This document shows positions 9,968-19,318 of a stretch of 64,000 bases of DNA, piece by piece (position 1 is the first letter of the stretch; every line of letters starts with the position of its first letter). Under the pieces are notes generated by a model that searched no databases, was not told where the DNA came from, and saw only the letters and a program-made list of their open reading frames with translations. The position numbers and the translations under genes are program-made. The DNA comes from Caldithrix abyssi DSM 13497 (GTDB taxonomy: Bacteria; Electryoneota; AABM5-125-24; Hatepunaeales; Hatepunaeaceae), in contig CAMBDS010000011.1 in assembly GCA_945865405.1 (NCBI GenBank), positions 3,333 through 67,332 on the forward strand. Reading direction: 5' to 3'.

Positions 9968-10345
9968 TCACCGCGGTTGTGAATCGAACCGGATTGTATC
10001 CAGTCCGTCAATTTCTCCCGAAAACATTCGTGATCCGAGCAGAAACGAGGACGACTGCCGATCCTCTATCCAATAGAGTGCCAGCTTCGATTCGTAGTGC
10101 AAAGACCCATTGGGATGGTGACAACCGAGCCTCGAGAAATCGAGGCTATCAAATGTCATCCCACCACCACCCTTGACAACTGGACGGACATACCAGAGTT
10201 GAGCGCTTTCTACAAGCTGTTGCTTCTCTTCGGCTAAAGTCTGAGTCCGACCGTCGCCCGCATCGATACGGGCAAAACCGAACAGGACCGTTGCAAAGGC
10301 ACTTGCTGCGATTATAGAAAGTATGATCGAGTTACGACGCTCCAT
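9968..10345 (-). CDS. Hypothetical protein with N-terminal hydrophobic helix, possibly pilin-like
   Basis: Hydrophobic N-terminal helix, then AQLWYVRPVVKGGGGMTF motif. Confidence 0.55.
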   Translation of the reverse strand: MERRNSIILSIIAASAFATVLFGFARIDAGDGRTQTLAEEKQQLVESAQLWYVRPVVKGGGGMTFDSLDFSRLGCHHPNGSLHYESKLALYWIEDRQSSSFLLGSRMFSGEIDGLDTIRFDSQPR

Positions 10346-10424
10346 ACTCAAGACATTCCCGCGCTATCAGAATTATCGATCGTTCTGGTTATACGTAAAT
10401 TCTTCGCAGAATGATAATATGCGT

Positions 10425-11357
10425 TCAATCTGCTTCCTCGTCATCATTGTCGTCTACCGGATTATCGATGATAATCACCCGTTCGCGAATAGGCTTCAGC
10501 CAGGACTTTCTGTCGATATCTCTTGCGGCAAGGTATGCTACCCCCGATCCGTTTCCAGATCTTTGGAACGCGCCAACCTCCATATCACCGAAGTTGAAAG
10601 TCAATCCTGCCCAAAGTCGGGAGTCGTGGGCCAGAACGCCTTTGATTTCTGGAGAATAGCTGAAATGGCCGGTGATGCCGGGGACAACCTCAGCCTCCAC
10701 TCCGTAAGTATAGTCAATGTCGTCGAAATACTTTTGAGCCACTTGTCCAGGTAGCTCCTCGAATTGGCGCAATTTCGCGTCAAGTGTGAACGTTAAGCGA
10801 TCCGACGGCCTTGCCCAGGACCAGTCAATCACTTCCAATGGTCTAAGCGCAACCCCCAAATCCCAACCGATAGGCAATTTGGCACCATTCAATCGAGGGC
10901 GATTTATACCACGGGCAACAGCTCCCACAGAGAGGAACGACCAGGGACGCTCCATGATGCCTAAATCCCAGGTATTTTGGCGGTCGATTCCTGTTGTCCA
11001 ACTGTAGTTGAACCCATAGTAAAAGTCGTCTTCGCCAAAACCAAGCCCCCACGTGTACCGGCGGCGAGTGCCCCCCGGATCAGAACGAAGTGCTTCAGCT
11101 GCAAAGGCAAAGCCTTCCCCAGCGATAAAGCCCCAATCCTCGAAATGACCATCAGACTGGTAAGGTGCAAGAAAGTAGAAGGCTCCTCCGCCATCGACGC
11201 CAAGTCCGGCCGGATTGACAAGTAGCGCCAACGCATCGTCGGTGCTGGCAACTGAATTTTGTGGGAGAGTCAGCCACGAAGGATGAGTCTGAGCTTGAAC
11301 GCCTCCTGTAATCAGTTGGATGAAGGCAATACTCAGGATCGCGAAAGTCTTTTTCAT
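10425..11357 (-). CDS. Exported beta-strand-rich protein resembling the N-terminal domain of long-form SppA, with no peptidase domain
   Basis: Signal peptide from MKKTFA (11357), SVASTDDALALLVNPAGLG, alternating beta-strand pattern (WDLGIMERPWSFLSVGAV), acidic tail. Confidence 0.6.
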   Translation of the reverse strand: MKKTFAILSIAFIQLITGGVQAQTHPSWLTLPQNSVASTDDALALLVNPAGLGVDGGGAFYFLAPYQSDGHFEDWGFIAGEGFAFAAEALRSDPGGTRRRYTWGLGFGEDDFYYGFNYSWTTGIDRQNTWDLGIMERPWSFLSVGAVARGINRPRLNGAKLPIGWDLGVALRPLEVIDWSWARPSDRLTFTLDAKLRQFEELPGQVAQKYFDDIDYTYGVEAEVVPGITGHFSYSPEIKGVLAHDSRLWAGLTFNFGDMEVGAFQRSGNGSGVAYLAARDIDRKSWLKPIRERVIIIDNPVDDNDDEEAD

Positions 11358-11450
11358 TGATGTTCCTATTGAAATGTTCATCAAGTTAGACCTGACGACT
11401 TGCACTATTGTTACCAACAAAACGGAAAACTCAAACTGCAAGTCAAAAAC

Positions 11451-14400
11451 TTATCGCCCGACAATTACTCTGTCTGCGCCAACGAGTTCCGAAAGTCGCG
11501 TAATCATCTCAGGCGCGGCGCGTACCTTAAAGCGTGGCACTTTCATCTTCTTGCGGACGCCTCCGTTATATTCGAGATCGAAATAGATAGCGCAGTTGCC
11601 GGGATTATCTTCGAAGAGTTTTTCGAGTCGTTGAAGCAGTGGCTCGCTGACACGTTCGTTGGGTAACCTGAGCCAGACAGACTGTCCCCACTTTTCAGCA
11701 GCTTTTTCGATGTCGTTCACTTCATCGACCCGGAGTTTCGGATCCTCAGCTTCGTCACCGCGAGATATTTTCCCCGAAATGGCGACAAGTTTATCTACCT
11801 GTAGCATCGCCTCGTGTTGAGCGAATGCCTGCGGGAAGATCAAGCACTCGATTGGGCCAGTGAGATCCTCAAAATTGACAGTCGCCCAGCTGTCACCGTA
11901 TTTAGTAAGTTTCTTCGATACGGACGTGATTACGCCACAAACCTTGATCTGAGTTCCGTCGGAGAATTCATCCTTATCGGCGAGCTTGTGGGTGGAAAGT
12001 CCCTCAATCTCGCGGCTGAAGCGCTCAAGGGGGTGGCTTGAAATGTAATATCCAAGCACAGCCTTTTCACGCGAAAGTAACTCGGGCGTTGGCCATTCCT
12101 GTATGGTATGAATTTCCGGAGGCGAGAAAATAGGTGCATTCTGAGAATCACCACCTCCAAACAGTGAGTTCTGACCGCGGTCGCGCTCTTCCTGAATGGC
12201 TTGTGAGTAAGCCATCGCGCCACCAAGGGAGTTCAAAAGTGAAGCGCGATTGACGCCGAGCGAATCGAACGCTCCACCCTCGATCAGGCTCTCAAGTACC
12301 TTCTTGTTGACCGTTCTCGTATCGATTGAGGCGAGAAAATGGAAAAATGAAGAAAACTTCTCCACGGAGGCACGCGCTTCGACCAGAGAGTTGACAGCCG
12401 CATCACCGACATTTTTCACAGCCGTCAGACCAAACCGGATCCCCTTATCGGTCGCGACAAATGATGATTGGCTCTCGTTGATGTCAGGCGGGAGAATCTT
12501 CTCGCCCATTGCCCGGCACTCTGCCAACAGTTTCAGCACCTGATTGGCGTCACGTCGTCTGACAGTCATGCAAGCCGCCATGAAGTCAGCCGGGTGATAA
12601 ACCTTCAAATAAGAACACTGGTAAGCGATTAAGGCGTAGCCCGCAGAGTGTGCCTTGACAAAGCTGTACTTGGCGAACTCTTCACAAATATCGAAGATAC
12701 CTTCGGCAATTTTAGTGTCGATTGAGTTTACGACACACCCATCGATGAATTCCTTGCGGTATTTCAACATGATGTCCATCCTCTTCTTACCCATCGCCTT
12801 GCGCAAGTTGTCCGCCTTGCCGAGCGAAAATCCTGCCAAATCACAAGCGATCCGAATTACCTGCTCCTGATAAACAATCACACCGTATGTCTCTTTCAGG
12901 ATCGGCTCGAGCTTGGGGTGCGAGTATTCCACCTTTTTTCGTCCGTGCCGACAGGCGATAAACTCGTCGATCATCTGCATCGGGCCGGGACGATAGAGAG
13001 CATTCATAGCGATCAGGTCTTCAAGTCGCTCGGGCTTGAGCTTCATCAGGTTGTCGCGCATACCACCAGACTCAAATTGAAAGATGCCGGTCATCTTTCC
13101 TTCGCTAAAGAGTTGGAATATCCGCGGATCTTCAAGAGGGATATTGTTCAGGTCGATCTCAATTCCCTTAGGCAGGAGTGACTTAATGGTCAAATCCAAT
13201 TCCTGTAGCGTCTGCAAGCCGAGAAAGTCCATCTTCAACAGACCGAGACTATCCATCCACGTCATATCATATTGAGTATAAAGGTCGGTCTCTTCGCCAC
13301 TCGGCTTATAGACAGGCAGGTAATCGACAACTGGCCCCGGGCAGATGACGACTCCCGCAGCATGGACTGATGAGTGCCTGACAGCACCCTCGACGATTCT
13401 GGCGAGCTCGATCAGCTCTTTGTAGCGCGGGTCTGAGTCGATAAGAGCCTGAATTTCAGGCACTTCCTTGACAGCCTTTTCAAGGTTTATGTCACGGATC
13501 GCATCGGGGATAAGTTTCGCCATACGGTCTGCTTCGCCATACGACATCCCCATGGCCCGTGCGACGTCTCGAATCGCCGACTTGGCAGCCATTTTCCCGA
13601 ATGTCGTGATCCGGCAGACCGAGTCCGCGCCGTACTTCTCTCGAACATAGGATATCACCTCTTCGCGCCTGTCATCGGAAAAGTCGATATCGATATCAGG
13701 AGGTGAGACACGCTCTGGATTCAGGAATCGCTCGAAGATCAACCCATACTTGATCGGATCGAGGTTGGTGATTCCGAGGCAGTAGCTGACAATACACCCT
13801 GCCGCCGATCCACGACCAGGCCCGACAGGGATATCGCGATCCTTAGCCCAGCGAACAAAATCCCAAACGATCAGGAAGTAGTTTGAAAATCCTGTCTCTT
13901 TGATGACTGCAAGTTCATGGCGAAGTCGCTTCCACGCCTCCTCGGAGGGTTCGGTGCCATATCGCTTGAGAAATCCTTCGGTAGTCTTCTGCTCAAGGTA
14001 TTCATCGACATCGACTTCCGCCAAATTTTTCACTACCGATCCACTGTGGTCGGCTGTCTTCAAACTCACCGGAACCTCAAACACCGGATAGTGCCTAACG
14101 TCGAACGGAATCTCAAGATTGATTTTTTCAGCAATTTCAACCGTCATGTCGACAGCTTCGGGCATATCGCTAAAGAGTTTCCGCATCTCTGCTTCAGTCT
14201 TCAAGTAAAATTCCGGCGTCGCAAATCGAAGGCGGTTGGGGTCATCCCGCTTTGCTTGGGTGCCTACGCAGAGCAGAATATCGTGGGCTGATGCATGTTC
14301 GCGCTTAAGATAGTGTGCGTCGTTAGTGGCGACGACCTTCAGATCGAAATCGTTGGCAAACTGCGACAAAGCCGGTACGAGAATATCCTCCTCCTCCATG

Positions 14401-14930
14401 CCGTGCCTCATCAGCTCCATGTAGAAATCTTGCCCGAACAGGTCCTTGTACCACTTAATCAGCTCAACGGCTTCATCGTCTTTTCGGTCGAGGATTGCTT
14501 GAGGGATCGCTCCTTGCATGCAGCTTGAGAGGCAGATCAGTCCCTCGCTATGGGCAGCAAGCAACTCGCGGTCGATGCGCGGTTTGTAGTAAAATCCGGT
14601 GGTGAAGGCTTCCGAAACGAGATAGCTAAGGTTGCGGTAGCCGGTGTAGTTCTTGGCGAACAACACCTGATGGTAGCGGAGTTCCCCCGCCCTGCCCGGC
14701 TTCTTGATGTGACGCGACTCCGGGGCAAGGTATAGCTCACAGCCGATGATCGGCTTGATGCCTGCTTCGCGGGCTTTGGAGTAAAAGTCCAGCGCACCGA
14801 ACATGTTGCCATGGTCGGTCAGTCCGACTGCTGGCGAGCCTTGTTCTGTGGCAATTTTGACTAGCTCCGGGATGCGGCAGGCGCCGTCGAGGAGACTATA
14901 GTCGGAGTGATTGTGTAAGTGGACGAACAA
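11451..14930 (-). CDS. dnaE: DNA polymerase III alpha subunit
   Basis: HLHNHSDYSLLDG PHP domain, GPGRGSAAG, PDIDIDF, KMDFLGL, ALYRPGPM, OB-fold and C-terminal domain; no intein. Confidence 0.98.
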   Translation of the reverse strand: MFVHLHNHSDYSLLDGACRIPELVKIATEQGSPAVGLTDHGNMFGALDFYSKAREAGIKPIIGCELYLAPESRHIKKPGRAGELRYHQVLFAKNYTGYRNLSYLVSEAFTTGFYYKPRIDRELLAAHSEGLICLSSCMQGAIPQAILDRKDDEAVELIKWYKDLFGQDFYMELMRHGMEEEDILVPALSQFANDFDLKVVATNDAHYLKREHASAHDILLCVGTQAKRDDPNRLRFATPEFYLKTEAEMRKLFSDMPEAVDMTVEIAEKINLEIPFDVRHYPVFEVPVSLKTADHSGSVVKNLAEVDVDEYLEQKTTEGFLKRYGTEPSEEAWKRLRHELAVIKETGFSNYFLIVWDFVRWAKDRDIPVGPGRGSAAGCIVSYCLGITNLDPIKYGLIFERFLNPERVSPPDIDIDFSDDRREEVISYVREKYGADSVCRITTFGKMAAKSAIRDVARAMGMSYGEADRMAKLIPDAIRDINLEKAVKEVPEIQALIDSDPRYKELIELARIVEGAVRHSSVHAAGVVICPGPVVDYLPVYKPSGEETDLYTQYDMTWMDSLGLLKMDFLGLQTLQELDLTIKSLLPKGIEIDLNNIPLEDPRIFQLFSEGKMTGIFQFESGGMRDNLMKLKPERLEDLIAMNALYRPGPMQMIDEFIACRHGRKKVEYSHPKLEPILKETYGVIVYQEQVIRIACDLAGFSLGKADNLRKAMGKKRMDIMLKYRKEFIDGCVVNSIDTKIAEGIFDICEEFAKYSFVKAHSAGYALIAYQCSYLKVYHPADFMAACMTVRRRDANQVLKLLAECRAMGEKILPPDINESQSSFVATDKGIRFGLTAVKNVGDAAVNSLVEARASVEKFSSFFHFLASIDTRTVNKKVLESLIEGGAFDSLGVNRASLLNSLGGAMAYSQAIQEERDRGQNSLFGGGDSQNAPIFSPPEIHTIQEWPTPELLSREKAVLGYYISSHPLERFSREIEGLSTHKLADKDEFSDGTQIKVCGVITSVSKKLTKYGDSWATVNFEDLTGPIECLIFPQAFAQHEAMLQVDKLVAISGKISRGDEAEDPKLRVDEVNDIEKAAEKWGQSVWLRLPNERVSEPLLQRLEKLFEDNPGNCAIYFDLEYNGGVRKKMKVPRFKVRAAPEMITRLSELVGADRVIVGR

Positions 14931-14996
14931 AAGTTGAAAGTCTGAAAGTTAGAAGGTAAAAAAGCCTGGGAGGTATGAAGATTGACCGTTGCTGGG

Positions 14997-15736
14997 TTAC
15001 GGTTTCTGAATTTCCGCCATGAACCCGCCGATCAAGTTATCCCGTTCTCCTTTAATCATTCGAGCTGGCGCGACTGAAATGACCCCAGCGCGTTCCAGCA
15101 TCGATATCGGTATGCCGAGCCATCGACCAAGGAAAATCCCCAATTGCTTATTTTTAAAAGATCTGCGCAAATTGTTCCGAAATACGGTACTCGGTACGTC
15201 GGATGTGGCGAGTACTTTAAAGTACCGGGGATCGATAATTTCCGAAAAACAGGCGATCAGCTCTTCGCGGCGATACTCTTTAAAATGAAACGGATTACCG
15301 GAGTGGCCTCCGAAATAGTTGTTCGCGTTCGGTGTGGTTATGATTGCGCTTCCGCCAGGCCTTGGCATCGCCCAGACATACCGGATAAAATCGGCGGTTG
15401 CATTAGCTCGAAAACCTGAAAAGACCCGATAAAATCGAACGACGCATCGGGGAAAGGCTGTTTATTCGGATCGAAAACCTGAAAGTTCACGTTCGGAATT
15501 TTGTAATTCCTGTTGCATTCGGAAATCGCTTCCGAGCTGACGTCGATCCCCTCAATCTTACCAAAATGCTTTGCGAGCATTGCGGTGCCGTACCCGCTGC
15601 CGCATCCGTAGTCGAGTGCAGTTTTATCCGGCGAACCGTATATCGCAGCGACAAGGTTATAGATTCACTCAAACTCGTAGCGGTTCTTATCGGTCGGTAA
15701 CGTCCGCTCTTTGGAGCCGGCAACGGATTCACTCAC
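14997..15736 (-). pseudogene. Disrupted class I SAM-dependent methyltransferase
   Basis: From GTG at 15736 the frame reads SESVAGSKERTLP...YEFE*IYNL...LDYGCGSGYG...SFQVFE with an in-frame TGA at 15665-15667, then shifts frame near 15405 into DFIRYVWAMPRPGGSAIITTPN...NPFHFKEY. Confidence 0.75.
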
Positions 15737-15834
15737 ATTTTCTCCCTGACGATTTATCAAAATCGTCTAATCAATTCAACTCGAGACAACTTGCAAGCAA
15801 GCGGGGCATAGGCTAACCCTATTGTTGTATTCCC

Positions 15835-17211
15835 CTACTCGTAATGCTCTTTCCGGCAGTCCGGACAGATCCCGTGGCTGAACTGGGCATCGGTGCGTGT
15901 CGAAATGTAGTACTCAATCTGATGCCATTCACCCACCTTGTCCCGGATCTTCTTGCAATGAGAACAGACGGGCAACAATTCAGTTAGTGTCTTAATCTTG
16001 GAAAGCGCTTCCTTCAATTCGATCTCTATAAGTTTACGTTCTTCTACCTCTTGCGTTAACAACGCATGTTGCTCCAACAATAGCCCATGCTCCCGCTCCT
16101 TTTGCTCCATCTCATTTTTCAGCCGGAATTGCTCCATTGCGGCACGCTGTTCGCTCGTGAATAGCAATTGTTTGACTTCCAACAGATTGCGCATGTACTT
16201 GACCGCGCGTTCCCAATCCTCACACTCCTCGAAGAACCGGACATAAGCCGCATAAAGATCATTCAGTAACGATTGATCCGCGGTCTCCTCAGCAATTCCA
16301 CGCACTTTGTCGTAAAGCGGGAGCACCTGATTGTACTCTTTGCGAAACATGTGAATATCGCCGACATTCTTCAGGATATTTGCTATCGCGTGCTTATGAC
16401 CGAGCGAGGTTGCCAAGGGCAATGCCTCTTCATAGTAGGTCAACGCCTTTTCATAGTCGCCTAATCGCTGGTGTATCATACCGAAATTATTGAGCGCTGC
16501 CTGAATGCCAAAACGATTCTCTACCTTGATGTTCAATTCGTAGGCTTCTTGTGAGTATTGCATAGCTTTATCGTAGTCATGCTTGTAGAAGTAGCATCCG
16601 CAGAGATTGGTGCAGGCGTTTGCCTTCATCATCACATTTTCGGTTTCGGCAGCAAGTTTCAGAACCTCTTCGAATTGTTCAATTGCCGCCGGAAGGTCAA
16701 GCACAGACCTGTGCAATATCCCGAGGTTATTGTGGACATGACTGCGAAGACCTTTATCACCCGACTGGTAGGTCTCTTCCAGTGCCTCGTAGAACCATTG
16801 CGCCGCTTTGTCATTGATGGAAATTCCAGAATAGGCACTCGCAAGATTGATTTTAATCATGGTACGAATACGTTGATCAACCATTTCACCAAAGGTGCTC
16901 GAGCACTCGCGTAAAATGTTCAAAGCGTGGGTAAATTCAGCGCGTTCGAGATGGATGATCGCCAACATGTTGGCAAAACCACCCTTCTGATCGGCGCTAC
17001 CTTTGGCAAGAATCTCCTCGCGCCACTCTTCGATCAACAAATCTCTGTCGAGTGTCAAGCCGACCCGCATTATCCGGGAAATCAAATTCAGCGCACAGTC
17101 AATTCGCAGTTTTGTTTCATTTCTCCGAAAGATTCCATCATAAGCTTGTCTGGCAAATTCAAGAGATTCCTTGGGCGAATTTTGGGAAAGTCGCCTCGAT
17201 TCTGCCAACAA
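15835..17211 (-). CDS. TPR-repeat protein with coiled coil and C-terminal four-cysteine domain
   Basis: TPR motifs (HNNLGILH, LNNFGMIHQRLGDYEKALTYY); C-terminus LLPVCSHCKKIRD...FSHGICPDC. Start codon uncertain. Confidence 0.85.
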   Translation of the reverse strand: MLAESRRLSQNSPKESLEFARQAYDGIFRRNETKLRIDCALNLISRIMRVGLTLDRDLLIEEWREEILAKGSADQKGGFANMLAIIHLERAEFTHALNILRECSSTFGEMVDQRIRTMIKINLASAYSGISINDKAAQWFYEALEETYQSGDKGLRSHVHNNLGILHRSVLDLPAAIEQFEEVLKLAAETENVMMKANACTNLCGCYFYKHDYDKAMQYSQEAYELNIKVENRFGIQAALNNFGMIHQRLGDYEKALTYYEEALPLATSLGHKHAIANILKNVGDIHMFRKEYNQVLPLYDKVRGIAEETADQSLLNDLYAAYVRFFEECEDWERAVKYMRNLLEVKQLLFTSEQRAAMEQFRLKNEMEQKEREHGLLLEQHALLTQEVEERKLIEIELKEALSKIKTLTELLPVCSHCKKIRDKVGEWHQIEYYISTRTDAQFSHGICPDCRKEHYE

Positions 17212-17397
17212 CCGCTCAACCTCTATTATCTCAAGAGGTTGGGAATTGTTGACGATTACTTCGCGAGAAGCTGCCCCCCGTCGTTTCGGTGGAGCAAATT
17301 TGCTCTCTGTAGCCGTTTCGGTTTTTACGGATAAGTTTTTGATTTAAGTCCGCGCCCCTATTCAGTAACTGTTAGGAATCCTCTAATGGCAAATGCA

Positions 17398-18684
17398 CTA
17401 CGGCTCAACGCGATACATCATTCTTGGAAACGGAATCGTCTCCCTGACATGTTGCAATCCGCAAAGCCAACTTACCGTCCTTTCCAAACCAAGGCCGAAA
17501 CCGGAATGCGGCACCGAGCCATAGCGGCGAAGATCAAGATACCACTCGAAGGGCTGCTTCGGCAAGCCGTGCTCAGCAATTCGCTTTTCCAATTCCTCGA
17601 GGCTTGTCTCCCGCTCGCCGCCTCCGACGATTTCCCCGTAGCCGTCCGGAGCGATGCAATCGACTCCCTTGGCAAGTGCAGGGTTGACCTCATCCCGTTT
17701 CATATAGAACGCTTTTATCTCGTGAGGCCAACGATGGATCAGGATTGGCCTGTCAAACTGAGTGGCAACAGCCTCTTCGTCCGGTGCACCAAAATCGTCG
17801 CCATACTTGAACTCGGTCTTTCCAACAAGTCGCTTGGCAGCCTCATCGTAGGTAATTCGCGGGAAGGGCTTCTGGACACGCTCAAGCGATGTAACATCAC
17901 GTTCAAGGATCTTCAACTCCTCCTTTGCCGACTCAAGAACCTGCCCGACTACTTCGGTAAGGAAGTCCTCGATTAGATCCATGTTCTGGTCGAGATCGAT
18001 GAAAGCAACCTCTGGCTCAAGCATCCAGAATTCAGTCAAGTGCTTGCGGGTCTTCGACTTCTCAGCGCGGAACACAGGCCCAAAAACATAGACCTTCCCG
18101 AACGCCATCGCTCCAGCTTCACCGTAAAGTTGCCCTGACTGAGTCAGGAAAACTTTAGATCCGAAGTACTCAACGCCGAAAAGAGTCGTTGTTCCTTCGA
18201 CTGCGTTCGGCGTGAACATCGGGCTATCGAAGCCGATATAACCACGTGAATCGAAGTAGTTCCGCATCGCCCGAATTGTCTGATGCCTGACGCGAAGGAT
18301 CGCGTGTTGACGCTTGGAGCGCATCCAGAGGTGCCGGTGATCGAGCAGGAAGTCGGGGCCATGCTCTTTGGGCGAGATTGGGTAGTCTATCGCCTTTTGA
18401 ATCAGCTTGAGTGACTGGACGATCAGCTCGTAACCACCGGGCGCACGTTCGTCAGCATGAACGGTACCGGTTACGGTCAGGGATGACTCCTGAGTGATCT
18501 CTTTGGCGATGGCAAACTCTTCTTCGGTTACCTCCGCCTTGGAGACGACGCACTGCATAACAGCCGAGCCATCGCGGACGATCAAAAACGCCAGTTTGCC
18601 TGAGGATCGACTGTTGTAGATCCAGCCAGCGATCGATATTACTTGCCCGTCATGAAGGCGGGCGTCTGAAATTGATGTGTACAT
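17398..18684 (-). CDS. asnS: Asparagine--tRNA ligase
   Basis: GWIYNSRSSGK, LTQSGQLYGE, FRAEKSKTRKHLTEFWMLEPE, YGSVPHSGFGLGLER. Confidence 0.96.
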   Translation of the reverse strand: MYTSISDARLHDGQVISIAGWIYNSRSSGKLAFLIVRDGSAVMQCVVSKAEVTEEEFAIAKEITQESSLTVTGTVHADERAPGGYELIVQSLKLIQKAIDYPISPKEHGPDFLLDHRHLWMRSKRQHAILRVRHQTIRAMRNYFDSRGYIGFDSPMFTPNAVEGTTTLFGVEYFGSKVFLTQSGQLYGEAGAMAFGKVYVFGPVFRAEKSKTRKHLTEFWMLEPEVAFIDLDQNMDLIEDFLTEVVGQVLESAKEELKILERDVTSLERVQKPFPRITYDEAAKRLVGKTEFKYGDDFGAPDEEAVATQFDRPILIHRWPHEIKAFYMKRDEVNPALAKGVDCIAPDGYGEIVGGGERETSLEELEKRIAEHGLPKQPFEWYLDLRRYGSVPHSGFGLGLERTVSWLCGLQHVRETIPFPRMMYRVEP

Positions 18685-18829
18685 TTAGATGTATATAAAG
18701 TTTAATTGTCAGTTCGATCTTGATTTTGCGATTTAGATGCAGTTTTTGCGCCGGGAATTCATTTGAACATTTCTGCAAAACTTAAATAGCTATCAATTAC
18801 TCTAAATTATTGGTTTTCATTGCATAAGG

Positions 18830-19318
18830 TCAAATAGATCTTGATAACTCCCCCACCCAAACTTCAACCACGGCGTCCTCAGGACTGGCGGCGCGGTCGT
18901 CAAAGAGTTCGAAGTCGATGCCGTAGCTGCGCTTCAAGTCTCCTTGGTGCTCCTCCTGCCAGATCCGCTTCCAAATAGCCGGGATTGTGTCCCAGATTGC
19001 TCCTCGATCAGTCTCATAGGAGCGATACTCACCGGGCGGGACGACAAGCTTCACCATGCCAGCAGGGACATCCGCGTTGCCGGAAACCTTCACGCCGATC
19101 ATATAGCTGTAATCGCCCCGGCGACCGTCGTCATAGTCGTAGTAGAGCGCCAGCGTCGCCTCTTCGATCTGATTGGGGATTTTGGCGAATAGTGCGTCCC
19201 GGAACCAACGGTCCCAAAGCTTGGCAATAACGCTCTCACCCTCTAGCCCCATTTCCCGCATGTTGCTCGTGCGGGCTGTAATACCGATTACGGTGAAGCC
19301 CTCAAAGTGTTTTTTCAT
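18830..19318 (-). CDS. GyrI-like / AraC effector-binding domain protein
   Basis: Start MKKHFEG at 19318 overlaps the cstA stop (ATGA); [35 protein letters not shown]. Confidence 0.85.
   Translation of the reverse strand: MKKHFEGFTVIGITARTSNMREMGLEGESVIAKLWDRWFRDALFAKIPNQIEEATLALYYDYDDGRRGDYSYMIGVKVSGNADVPAGMVKLVVPPGEYRSYETDRGAIWDTIPAIWKRIWQEEHQGDLKRSYGIDFELFDDRAASPEDAVVEVWVGELSRSI

Noticed and set aside
11451-14930. Possible intein in DnaE
   Set aside because: Length is normal, with only a short insertion after the PHP domain and no splicing motifs.
15665-15667. In-frame TGA as possible selenocysteine or readthrough
   Set aside because: It is not at a catalytic Cys position, the gene also has a frameshift, and TGA is a normal stop elsewhere in the window.
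17386-17976. 196-aa plus-strand ORF
   Set aside because: Antisense shadow of asnS with no recognisable motifs.
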